From Christensenella sp. UBA7703 (GTDB lineage Bacteria > Bacillota > Clostridia > Christensenellales > CAG-138), in NCBI GenBank assembly GCA_002482505.1, contig DLGD01000028.1, positions 3,682 through 67,681 of the forward strand: a stretch of 64,000 nt of DNA, read 5' to 3'. Each line of letters starts with the position of its first letter. Within the stretch, counting starts at the first letter, position 1. The translations under genes were made by a program, and so were the position numbers. Positions 47,878 through 57,046 of this stretch are shown one piece after another. The notes below the pieces were generated by a model. It searched no databases and was not told the origin of the DNA. It saw only the letters and a program-made list of their open reading frames with translations.

Positions 47878-49581
47878 ATGGAACAACGGGAATTTATGAC
47901 GGTGGACGGCATCCCGGTTGAGCTCAACGGAGAAAAGAACCTGCTCGAGCTCATCCGGAAAGCTGGCATCAAGCTGCCGACATTTTGCTATCATTCCGAG
48001 CTTTCCGTCTATGGCGCGTGCCGCATGTGCATGGTGGAGACCGAGCGCGGCGGGCTGGAAGCTGCCTGCTCCACGCCGCCGAAAGCCGGCATGGTGATCA
48101 AGACCAATACGGAGAGATTGCGCCGCTATCGCAAAAATATTCTGGAGTTGCTGCTTGCAAACCACTGCCGAGACTGCACCACCTGCAGCAACAACGGCAA
48201 ATGCAAGCTGCAAGACCTTGCGATGCGGTTTAATATCGAAGGCGTTCGCTTCCCGAACACCGCTCCGCAGCCGCAAAAGGACGATTCTTCGCTCTGCATC
48301 GCGCGGGACGCGAGCAAATGCATCCTCTGCGGCGACTGTGTGCGCATGTGCAACGAGGTGCAGTCCGTCGGCGCGATCGATTTTGCTTATCGCGGCTCCA
48401 AGATGGAGATCAGCACCGCGTTTGGCATGCCGATTGCGCAATCCCCCTGCGTGGGCTGCGGGCAGTGCGCGGCGGTTTGCCCGACGGGAGCCATCGTCGT
48501 ACGGGACAACGCAAACCGCGTCTGGCGCGCGCTGGATGATCGCGGCGTGAAGGTTACGGCGCAGATTGCTCCGGCGGTGCGCGTGGCGCTCGGTCGCGAG
48601 ATGGGCCTGCGCGAAGGAGAAAACAGCATGGGCAAGATCGTCGCCGCGCTGCATCGCATGGGCTTTGACGAGGTGTATGACACCTCCACCGGCGCGGACC
48701 TGACCGTGCTGGAGGAGAGCGAGGAGCTGCTTTCGCATCTGGAGAGCGGAGCTGCGCTTCCGCTGTTCACCTCCTGCTGCCCGGCGTGGGTGCAGTTCTG
48801 TGAGAAATCGCATCCGGAGTTGTTGCCGCATGTCTCCACCTGCCGCTCGCCGATGCAGATGTTTGCCTCGGTCATCAAGGAGCAGGAGAAGACCTCGTCA
48901 AGGCGACAGTTTCATGTTGCGGTGATGCCCTGCACGGCGAAAAAGTTTGAAGCCGCGCGGGAAGAATTCTGCGTAGAAGGCGCGCCAAATGTGGATGCGG
49001 TGATCACCACGCAGGAGCTCATCCGCATGATCAAGGAATCCGGCGTGGTGTTTGAAGACCTGGAGCCGGAAGCGCTGGATATGCCCTTTGGCATGACCTC
49101 CGGCGCGGGCGTGATCTTCGGCGTGACAGGCGGCGTGACCGAGGCGGTGCTCCGCAGGCTCGCATCCGATAAATCGCGCGGGGGGCTATACACCGCGGCG
49201 CTCACCGGCGTACGCGGCATGAAAAGCGTGAAGGAAGCGCGCGTGCCGTATCTTGATCGCGAGGTACGCATTGCAGTCGTCAGCGGGCTGAGCAACGCGG
49301 AATCGCTGATTCAGAAGATTCTCTCTGGCGAAGAGCGCTATGATTTCGTCGAGGTGATGGCTTGCCCGGGCGGCTGCGTCAGCGGCGCGGGGCAACCCTA
49401 CAGCGCATCCATCGGCAAGGCGGAGCGCGGCGAAGGACTCTATGCCGTGGATCGCGTTTCCAGCATCAAGCGCTCAGAGGAGAATTCGCTTGTCCAGTCG
49501 CTCTATGGAGATGTGCTCAAAGGACGCGTGCACGAGCTGCTGCATGTAGACTATGTGAAGGACGGAGGGCACAACGCATGA
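47878..49581 (+). CDS. hydA: [FeFe]-hydrogenase catalytic subunit
   Basis: Canonical H-cluster motifs TSCCPAWV, MPCTAKKFE, EVMACPGGCVSGAGQP. N-terminal 2Fe-2S and 4Fe-4S modules. Confidence 0.9.
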   Translation: MEQREFMTVDGIPVELNGEKNLLELIRKAGIKLPTFCYHSELSVYGACRMCMVETERGGLEAACSTPPKAGMVIKTNTERLRRYRKNILELLLANHCRDCTTCSNNGKCKLQDLAMRFNIEGVRFPNTAPQPQKDDSSLCIARDASKCILCGDCVRMCNEVQSVGAIDFAYRGSKMEISTAFGMPIAQSPCVGCGQCAAVCPTGAIVVRDNANRVWRALDDRGVKVTAQIAPAVRVALGREMGLREGENSMGKIVAALHRMGFDEVYDTSTGADLTVLEESEELLSHLESGAALPLFTSCCPAWVQFCEKSHPELLPHVSTCRSPMQMFASVIKEQEKTSSRRQFHVAVMPCTAKKFEAAREEFCVEGAPNVDAVITTQELIRMIKESGVVFEDLEPEALDMPFGMTSGAGVIFGVTGGVTEAVLRRLASDKSRGGLYTAALTGVRGMKSVKEARVPYLDREVRIAVVSGLSNAESLIQKILSGEERYDFVEVMACPGGCVSGAGQPYSASIGKAERGEGLYAVDRVSSIKRSEENSLVQSLYGDVLKGRVHELLHVDYVKDGGHNA

Positions 49582-49838
49582 CTCAGCTCTCGGTTTGCAT
49601 CGGCAGCGCCTGCCATCTCAAAGGCGCATACAACGTGATCTCCACGTTTCAGCATCTCATTGAAACGCACAATCTGCACGACAAGATCGCGTTCTCGGCG
49701 AAGTTTTGCACCAAGGAGTGCCACAAACCCGGCGTCGCGGTCGCACTCAACGGCCAAAAGAGCGTGATTGCGGCTGAGGAAGCGCGCAAGTTCTTTCAAG
49801 AACAGGTGCTGCCCGCCGTGGAGCAAGCGCAGGATTGA
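49578..49838 (+). CDS. Small thioredoxin-like [2Fe-2S] ferredoxin-domain protein (HydD-like), copy 2
   Basis: VCIGSACHLKG ... FCTKEC. ATG overlaps the hydA stop. Paralogue of 42215-42493. Confidence 0.7.
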   Translation: MTQLSVCIGSACHLKGAYNVISTFQHLIETHNLHDKIAFSAKFCTKECHKPGVAVALNGQKSVIAAEEARKFFQEQVLPAVEQAQD

Positions 49839-49863
49839 CGAAAAACGAAAGATACTTACAAAC

Positions 49864-49902
49864 AACGACCCGCGCGGGAAATCCCGTGCGGGTCGTTTTA
49901 TT
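49864..49902. terminator. Intrinsic terminator after the hydrogenase operon
   Basis: aacgacccgc ... gcgggtcgtt followed by TTATT. Lies between convergent genes. Confidence 0.7.
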
Positions 49903-49913
49903 CGGGTGGGTAG

Positions 49914-50747
49914 TTACACCCGCCATGTGATCCATTGCGTGTTGAGTAGCGTTTCGTCCGCGACCATGCCGCCTTCTGCGACGGATGCAAAATACGCGGT
50001 GAGTTTCGGGCGGGATTCCTCCGGTGTGATGCCAAAGATCGTAAAATATCGCTCGTTGCGCGCGATGGTCTCCTCCAGCGGCAGCGCATAGGTAAACTTG
50101 CGCGAAAACGACTGCACCTCCGGTTGCTTGCCTGCCAGATACAGCGCTTCAAAATACCAGAGCGCTTCGGTCGTCATGCCGCCGGTCGGGTGGACATCCA
50201 GTAGCGCCATCAGCCGCTTTCGGTGCAGGTCGTAGGAGCCACGCGTCACCGCAATGATGCCGCAGGCGTGCTTAGCAAGCGATTCCATGCGCAATAGCTC
50301 CGCGTAGTTGCAGATTGCGGGGCACATGGAGCTAAACACAAAATCATACTGCTCTTCGGGTGCGAACGTCTCCCACATCTGCTGCTCGAACCACATGTTC
50401 TGTAACCCGAGTTGCCGCGCCTGCGTGCGGCAAACAGCGAGGGAAGTCGAATCCATTTCCAATGCGGTGACACTTGCGCCGCGGGACGCAAACGCATGCG
50501 CAAAAGCGCCCGTGCCGGAGCCGATGTCCAGAACCGAGCTGCCCGCGCTGAGATATCCGCGGGAAACGAGTCCGTCTGCTACCGCAGCCGCATGCGGGTC
50601 GATGGATGCCTGCGCCTCATCTCGACCATCCGCAAGAAAGGCGTAGTAGGGAATCCAGCGCGCGTTTCGTTCGATGCGCGTTTGAATATCCCCGTGATTT
50701 CCCGCCTGCTCCCATGCGGCGGCGCAGGCTTCCAGCGTTTCAAACAT
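49914..50747 (-). CDS. Class I SAM-dependent methyltransferase
   Basis: Motif I VLDIGSGTGAFA. Start ATG 50747 preceded by GGGAGGA. Confidence 0.75.
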   Translation of the reverse strand: MFETLEACAAAWEQAGNHGDIQTRIERNARWIPYYAFLADGRDEAQASIDPHAAAVADGLVSRGYLSAGSSVLDIGSGTGAFAHAFASRGASVTALEMDSTSLAVCRTQARQLGLQNMWFEQQMWETFAPEEQYDFVFSSMCPAICNYAELLRMESLAKHACGIIAVTRGSYDLHRKRLMALLDVHPTGGMTTEALWYFEALYLAGKQPEVQSFSRKFTYALPLEETIARNERYFTIFGITPEESRPKLTAYFASVAEGGMVADETLLNTQWITWRV

Positions 50748-50847
50748 AGATCCTCCCATTTTGCGGCGCGATCACACTTCTGTGCCTGAAAAAGAGAAAA
50801 ACAATTCCGCCGGATTTTGCCTCGGCGGAATTGTTGTAATAACGATG

Positions 50848-51159
50848 TTACTTCTTTTGAAACATGCCCTTGATCACGCCGCGCGGGTCTTTGATGAGCA
50901 ACACGACCAGCCAGACGATCAACCCGAGCGCGACCACGGAGAGCCCCAAGAACAGGTCGTTGAGCATGTCGGCCGGGGCGGGGGCGAAAAACGCCGCGCC
51001 GAGATCGGCATATTCATAGATCGCGTCCACGAACCACATGATCGCAGCGCCCCAGTAAAGGAAGCACAGCACGCTGATCTTCATCTCGTCCTGCGGGGCT
51101 TTTCGATACCAAAGCACGGTGCAGAGTATCGCGGCAAAGAGCGTAATCAATAGCGTCAT
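50848..51159 (-). CDS. Small membrane protein (3 predicted helices), unknown function
   Basis: 103 aa, hydrophobic, 12 nt after the upstream gene. Confidence 0.5.
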   Translation of the reverse strand: MTLLITLFAAILCTVLWYRKAPQDEMKISVLCFLYWGAAIMWFVDAIYEYADLGAAFFAPAPADMLNDLFLGLSVVALGLIVWLVVLLIKDPRGVIKGMFQKK

Positions 51160-51171
51160 TCTGCCGCCCTC

Positions 51172-51585
51172 TTATTTTGCGGCGAGAATGGGCTGAAGCG
51201 CTTTTTTCTCCATCGAGGAGGAAACGAGAACCATCGCACCCCAAACCGCTGTGACAAGAACCGCCATGGTCACGCCGACGGTGGACATCTCGTGCAGCAT
51301 GGCTGCCGTGTCCGCGGGGTTGCCCGCCGCCGTCAGGAATGGGAACCACGGCGTCACTTCGCCATGCCAAACATGCTCAAATGCGAGCAGGAAAGAACCG
51401 CCCCAAAGCAGATTGGAAAGCCAGCGCAGTTTGCGCGAAAACGGAATTTTCTCCGCTTTGTGTTCGCTTTGTGCTTCGGTTTCGCGCTTAAACTGCGGGA
51501 GCAGCTTATTTTCGTGTGCGATCACAACCTGCGTTGCAACGGTGACGATGACCGCCTCGGCAGCGGAAACAAGAAAACATGCCAT
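51172..51585 (-). CDS. Membrane protein, unknown function
   Basis: 137 aa. Hydrophobic N- and C-terminal helices around a charged loop. RBS GGAGGG. Confidence 0.5.
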   Translation of the reverse strand: MACFLVSAAEAVIVTVATQVVIAHENKLLPQFKRETEAQSEHKAEKIPFSRKLRWLSNLLWGGSFLLAFEHVWHGEVTPWFPFLTAAGNPADTAAMLHEMSTVGVTMAVLVTAVWGAMVLVSSSMEKKALQPILAAK

Positions 51586-51627
51586 GATGATACCCTCCAG
51601 AATGAATCAGATTATCGTTTCTTCTAT

Positions 51628-51676
51628 AGAAAAGAAAGTAAGGCGTGTGGCTTCCCGGAAAAAAGCCGCACGCCCT
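51628..51676 (-). terminator. Terminator-like hairpin inside the 5' leader of the membrane-protein operon (possible attenuator)
   Basis: Minus strand agggcgtgcggctt-ttttccggg-aagccacacgcct followed by TACTTTCTTTTCT. Located 45-90 nt upstream of the start codon at 51585. Confidence 0.4.
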
Positions 51677-51920
51677 TTGTCTCTTCGAACTTTTGGATCA
51701 AAAATGACGAAAATTGCCGGGGAAACTGCGCGGGCTGCTTCCTGTGAAACAACTGAAATAAGCCTAACGCAATGCACGGATGATGTCAATAGACGACAGG
51801 CGTTGATTTGTGTGAAAAGGTATAGAGGATGTGTTTCAGCACAATAAACATATTTTGCACATGCAGCATGCGGACGGAAACAACAGGCGATTGCCAGCTT
51901 ACAATAATCTGTTTTATTGC

Positions 51921-51949
51921 TTGACTTCGAAAATGTATCATGGTATATT
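51921..51949 (+). promoter_or_regulatory. Promoter of the sugar-ABC / RLP operon
   Basis: TTGACT (51921-51926), 17 nt ending in TGG, TATATT (51944-51949). This leaves a ~330-nt A-rich leader before the SBP start. Confidence 0.55.
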
Positions 51950-52287
51950 GTATCCAATCTGAGAAACGAACAAAAATTCCTGCTGCAAAATGGGCAAACG
52001 AATGTGAAGAGCAGACCGCAAATCCGCACAGAACAACAGCCACAAACGATTACTCTCCCGCCTGAGATCAAGATACACTAACAGTGCTGCCGCTATTCAA
52101 AAGGGCAGGTAAACAACTCTCATACGAACTGAATGATCGAAAAAAGTCATTGGTCGACAATTTGAAAACAACACACGGCATAAACAGAAAAAACGAAAGA
52201 AAAAGTAAATAGAAGAAATCCCTCCGTATGGAACTCTGCTGAAATGGTTCAGCTATCTATATCCCCAAATTAAAAGGAGGCAACAAG

Positions 52288-53451
52288 ATGAAGAAGGCTC
52301 TATCCATTCTGCTCGTGCTGATCATGGCTTTTAGCGCCGTGGCCTGCACCGCAGCCGCACCCGTGGCTCCCGCTGCGGAAGCAACCACCGCACCCGAAGC
52401 GGCAGCCACCGAAGCCGCACCGGAAGCAACCGAAGCGCCCGCGAAGGCTGACTTCTCCCAGAACCAGAACGTGGCCCGCGCATCCGAAGCCGCAAAGACC
52501 ACCATTGAACTGCCCGTGACCGGCATCGGCTCGACCATCACGACGGACGTGAAGGCCAAGGGCGACTACACGATCTGCGTGATGACGAAGAACTCCACAA
52601 ACCCGTATATGAACGGTATGTGGAAGGGCGCGGAAAAAGCGGCAACCGACCTCGGTATCAAGGTTGTTACGCTGGCTCCGGCACAGCAGGATTCCATCGA
52701 AGAGCAGATTGCGATCATGGAAGCCCAGATTCAGCAGGGCGTGAGCGCATTTGTCATCCATCCTTCGGACTCCAAGGGCATCATGCCCGCGGTTGACGAA
52801 GCAAATGCGGCAGGCATCCCGGTGATCTCCATCGGCACCGCGTCCGCATCTGGCTCCATGATGCGCACCGGCGTGGATTATTATGAAACCGGCGCGGTCG
52901 TTGCCAAGTATCTCTTTGAAAAGATCGGCGGCGAAGGCGGCCTGATCATCCTCGAGGGCCCTCCGGGCGCACAGAATGCGGAAGAGCGCAAAGCCGGCAT
53001 CACCGACCTGCTCGCTTCTTACCCGGGCATCACGCTCATCGACTCGCAGCCCGCGAACTTCAACCGTGCGCAGGGTATGCAGGTCATGGAAAACCTGCTC
53101 CAGCGTGAAGGCGTGAAAGACCAGCTCAAGGTCGTCATCGCCTGCAACGACGAGATGGCGCTCGGCGCAATCCAGGCGCTCAAAGCAGCGGGCATCACCA
53201 ACGTGCTCGTCGGCGGGTTCGACGGCTCTGCCGATGCATCCCAGGCGATCAAGGACGGCGACCTGACGGTGACGTATAACACCGATCCATTCGGCTCCAC
53301 CTACTATGCCATCACGATGCTCGTGAAATACCTTGACGACGGCGCGCTGCCGGAAGAATACTTCATTCCGTTCCCGTCCGAGCGTCACAAGCCGCTGATC
53401 GACTCCAGCAACATCGACGACTATATCAACAACTTTGCCTGGTTTAAATAA
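52288..53451 (+). CDS. Sugar ABC transporter substrate-binding lipoprotein (RbsB/Peripla_BP_4-like)
   Basis: Lipobox AFSAVAC, an Ala/Thr/Glu/Pro-rich linker, then a type I PBP fold (ICVMTKNSTNPYM..., VIACNDEMALGA...). RBS AAAGGAGG. Confidence 0.8.
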   Translation: MKKALSILLVLIMAFSAVACTAAAPVAPAAEATTAPEAAATEAAPEATEAPAKADFSQNQNVARASEAAKTTIELPVTGIGSTITTDVKAKGDYTICVMTKNSTNPYMNGMWKGAEKAATDLGIKVVTLAPAQQDSIEEQIAIMEAQIQQGVSAFVIHPSDSKGIMPAVDEANAAGIPVISIGTASASGSMMRTGVDYYETGAVVAKYLFEKIGGEGGLIILEGPPGAQNAEERKAGITDLLASYPGITLIDSQPANFNRAQGMQVMENLLQREGVKDQLKVVIACNDEMALGAIQALKAAGITNVLVGGFDGSADASQAIKDGDLTVTYNTDPFGSTYYAITMLVKYLDDGALPEEYFIPFPSERHKPLIDSSNIDDYINNFAWFK

Positions 53452-53553
53452 CCAAGCAATAAAAAACGGATTCTGTGCGGGACGGTGGACATCAGCCGCC
53501 GTCCCGCAAGCGACGCAGAGGACGCGTTTGCACACACTTTAGGGGGTTTTTGG

Positions 53554-55068
53554 ATGGAACAGCAACCCATTTTGACCGTTCGTGGCTTGAGCAAGTCGTT
53601 TCCCGGCGTGCGTGCGCTCGACCATGTGGACTTTGACCTGCGCGCAGGCGAAGTGCACGTGCTCGTTGGCGAAAACGGCGCGGGAAAGTCCACGCTCGCC
53701 AAATGCATCCTGGGGATGTATCAGCCGGAGGAAGGCGAAATCGTGCTCCGCGGAGAAAAGCTCTGCTTCTCTTCGCCGAAGGATGGCATTGCCCACGGCA
53801 TCGTCGCGGTGTATCAGGAACTCACGATGGTTCCCTATCTCAACGCCGCACAGAATATCTTTCTCAACCGCGAGCCGCTGATCCGCGGCACGGGGATGAT
53901 CAATCATCGAAACATGCAGCGCGATGCAAAGGCGATTCTAGCCACGCTCGGCTGTGCAGATATCGACACCAGGATTCCGGTCAAGCTGCTGGACGTAGCG
54001 CAGCAGCAGATGATCGAGATCGCAAAAGCGCTCTCCTTCAAGCCGCAGATTATCGTGCTCGACGAGCCGACCGCTTCGCTGTCCGAACGCGAGATTGAGC
54101 CGTTTTTTCAGCAGGTGCTCAAGCTTCGGGAACAGGGCATCGGCATTATCTATGTTTCCCACCGCATGCAGGAATACCACCGCATCGGGGATCGTATCAC
54201 CGTGCTGCGGGACGGAAAATTCATCCGCACGCTGGATGTAGGCGAGCTCAACGACGAAGAGCTGGTCAATCTTATGGTCGGCAGAGATATCTCCCAGGTC
54301 TATGTGCGCACGAAGAATGCACACAGCGGAGAAGCGCTGCGCATCGAGGACCTGTGCGATAAAAAAGGCCGTGTCAACGGCTGTTCCATCACGCTCAACC
54401 GCGGCGAAATCGTCGGCATCGCCGGCCTCGTCGGCGCGGGGCGCACGGAGATGGCGCGGTTGATCTTCGGCATCGACAAACCGGCAAGCGGAAAGATCTA
54501 TCTCCACGGCAAGGATGTCACCGGAAAGTCGCCCTCCTATGTCGTCAAAAACGGGCTCGGACTTTTGCCGGAAGATCGCAAACGCTATGGCCTTGCGCTC
54601 AAGAGTTCGATTGCGTGGAATACCGTCGCCGTCAGCCTCAAGAGCGTGTTTCCCAGCGGAATTGTCTCCGAGCGAAAGAACAAAAAGATCGCGGAGGACT
54701 ATGTCAAGCTGCTCAAAACAAGCACGCCGGATGTCGTCCGCCCGGTTTCCCAACTCTCCGGCGGAAACCAGCAGAAGGTCGTCATCGCGAAATGGCTCAG
54801 CGCTAAGTCGGACGTGATCATCTTCGACGAACCCACGCGCGGCATCGACGTTGGCGCAAAGATGGAGATCTATGCGCTGATGGATCGCCTCGCTTCCGAA
54901 GGCAAGGCAATCCTGATGATCTCTTCGGAGTTACAGGAAGTAATCGGCATGTCCGATCGCATCTATATCATGAAGGACGGCACAATCACGGGCGAAGTGA
55001 CGCGCAACCAGTGCTCTCAGGAAGAGATCGGCCGCGCGATGGTGCTCGGCAAGGAGGTGCTCGCATGA
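53554..55068 (+). CDS. Sugar ABC transporter ATP-binding protein (duplicated ABC, RbsA-like)
   Basis: Walker A GENGAGKST, a second degenerate domain and the signature LSGGNQQKV. 504 aa. Confidence 0.9.
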   Translation: MEQQPILTVRGLSKSFPGVRALDHVDFDLRAGEVHVLVGENGAGKSTLAKCILGMYQPEEGEIVLRGEKLCFSSPKDGIAHGIVAVYQELTMVPYLNAAQNIFLNREPLIRGTGMINHRNMQRDAKAILATLGCADIDTRIPVKLLDVAQQQMIEIAKALSFKPQIIVLDEPTASLSEREIEPFFQQVLKLREQGIGIIYVSHRMQEYHRIGDRITVLRDGKFIRTLDVGELNDEELVNLMVGRDISQVYVRTKNAHSGEALRIEDLCDKKGRVNGCSITLNRGEIVGIAGLVGAGRTEMARLIFGIDKPASGKIYLHGKDVTGKSPSYVVKNGLGLLPEDRKRYGLALKSSIAWNTVAVSLKSVFPSGIVSERKNKKIAEDYVKLLKTSTPDVVRPVSQLSGGNQQKVVIAKWLSAKSDVIIFDEPTRGIDVGAKMEIYALMDRLASEGKAILMISSELQEVIGMSDRIYIMKDGTITGEVTRNQCSQEEIGRAMVLGKEVLA

Positions 55069-56015
55069 CGGGTCAAATGCTCAAAAAGCGGGTTGCAGCT
55101 CTTCCGCCCGCCGTGTGGATGATCGCCGTGATGCTCATCTTCTACGGCATTAACACCAAGAATTACTTCACCGCGAGCAACTTCATCTCGATCCTCGTGC
55201 AGGCGGCTCCGCTGTTTGTCGTCGCTTGCGGGCAGACGATCATCGTGCTCATGCAGGGCACAGATCTCTCGCTCGGTGCGTCGCTGAATATGATGACGGT
55301 CGTTTGGGTCGTGCTGATGCAGAAAAGCCTGCCGATCGGCGTCGCGCTCCCGCTTGCGATGGGCGCTTCGATCTTCGCGGGCTACCTCAACGGCCTCATC
55401 GTCGCCAAGATGAAGCTGCCACCGTTTATCGCAACGCTCGGCATGCAAAACATCCTCAACTCGGTCGCGCTGGTAACGTCCAACGGCTCCTCGGTCTATC
55501 ACGAGCATGCGATTTATAAAATCGTCGCAAAGAGCAGTTTCCTCGGCGTACCGTACATCCTCTGGATCGCGATTGGCTGCTTTTTCCTCACGATGGTTTT
55601 GCTAAAATATACGCGCTTCGGCGCGCGCGTCATCAGCATGGGCGGCAACCCCGAATCGCTGAAGGTCGCGGGATACAGCCCGGATCTTGCGACGATTCAG
55701 GCGTTTACCTATACCGGCTTTATGACGGCGGTTGCGGGATTTATGCTCGCCTGCCGCGTGGAGAGCGGCAACCCCATCGTCGGCAACGGGTTTGAGTTCA
55801 ACTCCGTTGCGGCGGTTCTCCTCGGCGGAACCAGCATGCGCGAAGGGCGCGGCGGCGTCGGCGGAACGGTGTTCGGCGTGTTGTTGATCCAGATTTTGAA
55901 AAACGGGCTGGTCATGATGAACGTTTCGTCGATCTATCAGACCGCCATCATCGGCATCGTGGTGCTCTTTGCCATCATGCTGGACGCATACATCAAACGC
56001 AGGCAGGAGGAGTAG
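55065..56015 (+). CDS. Sugar ABC transporter permease (RbsC-like) 1
   Basis: Start overlaps the ATPase stop. ~10 helices with GTDLSLGA and LGGTSMREGRGGV motifs. Confidence 0.85.
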   Translation: MTGQMLKKRVAALPPAVWMIAVMLIFYGINTKNYFTASNFISILVQAAPLFVVACGQTIIVLMQGTDLSLGASLNMMTVVWVVLMQKSLPIGVALPLAMGASIFAGYLNGLIVAKMKLPPFIATLGMQNILNSVALVTSNGSSVYHEHAIYKIVAKSSFLGVPYILWIAIGCFFLTMVLLKYTRFGARVISMGGNPESLKVAGYSPDLATIQAFTYTGFMTAVAGFMLACRVESGNPIVGNGFEFNSVAAVLLGGTSMREGRGGVGGTVFGVLLIQILKNGLVMMNVSSIYQTAIIGIVVLFAIMLDAYIKRRQEE

Positions 56016-56024
56016 GGGGAAACT

Positions 56025-56990
56025 ATGATGAAGAAAATCGGAACCTATCTTCTGCAATCCAAGTACGCAATCAGCGTGTCTGTGCTCGTGTTTGTCGTCA
56101 TCGCTTCGAGCCTGATCACCCGCTCCTTTTTGACAGCGGATAATCTGATCACCGTGCTGCGGCAAACGAGCGTGCTGTTTATCCTGAGTTCCGGCCTGAC
56201 CGCCGTGGTACTCACGGGCGGGATCGATCTTTCGATCAACAACAGTGCGGCGCTGGTTGGCTGCATCGTGGCGCAGCTTTTGCTGCTGGGTGTGTCGATT
56301 CCGGTGGTCATCCTCGCCGGAATCCTCGTCGGCATCGTCATCGGCGTGTTCAACGGTCTCTTGGTCGGCATTCTCAAGCTGCCGCCGTTTGTCGCAACCT
56401 ATGGCACAAACATGGTCGTGCTTGGCATCTCCACCATCGTCATGCAAGGCAAAGTCATTTACGACCTGCCGCGCAACTTTACCCCGATCGGTGTAGGATA
56501 CATCGGTATTCTGCCGATTCCGGTGATCATCGCGATCGTGCTGACCGGAATTCTCTACTTCGTGCTGCAAAAGACCACGCTCGGCAGAAACATCTATATG
56601 CTCGGCAGCAATGCCTACGCAGCCAAGTACAGCGCGGCAAGGAGTGTCCGGGATACCATCACGGCCTATGCCATCTGCGGCGTGACCGCTGCCATCGGCG
56701 GCATTGTGCTCACCGCGCGGCTCAACGCGGCGGACGCGAACATGGGCAACTCCTATGGCTTGCAGATCGTCGCCGCGGTGGTCATGGGCGGCACCTCGCT
56801 GCTCGGCGGCGAAGGCGGAATCTTCGGCACGGTGATCGGCGCGCTGGTGCTTACGATCATCATGAACGTCATCAACGTCATCGGCGTATCGAGCTATCTG
56901 CAATCGATGGCGGTCGGCATCGTGATTATCCTCATGGTGTGGCTGGACATCTTCACAAGAAGCAAACGCGAAAAACTTTCGCGCGCATAA
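56025..56990 (+). CDS. Sugar ABC transporter permease (RbsC-like) 2
   Basis: GGIDLSINN and MGGTSLLGGEGGI motifs. 9 nt after permease 1. Confidence 0.85.
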   Translation: MMKKIGTYLLQSKYAISVSVLVFVVIASSLITRSFLTADNLITVLRQTSVLFILSSGLTAVVLTGGIDLSINNSAALVGCIVAQLLLLGVSIPVVILAGILVGIVIGVFNGLLVGILKLPPFVATYGTNMVVLGISTIVMQGKVIYDLPRNFTPIGVGYIGILPIPVIIAIVLTGILYFVLQKTTLGRNIYMLGSNAYAAKYSAARSVRDTITAYAICGVTAAIGGIVLTARLNAADANMGNSYGLQIVAAVVMGGTSLLGGEGGIFGTVIGALVLTIIMNVINVIGVSSYLQSMAVGIVIILMVWLDIFTRSKREKLSRA

Positions 56991-57046
56991 TGCCGCTTTC
57001 AGGCACAAAAACGCGATATAACACGGAAAGGTTCGGAGGTTAAACC

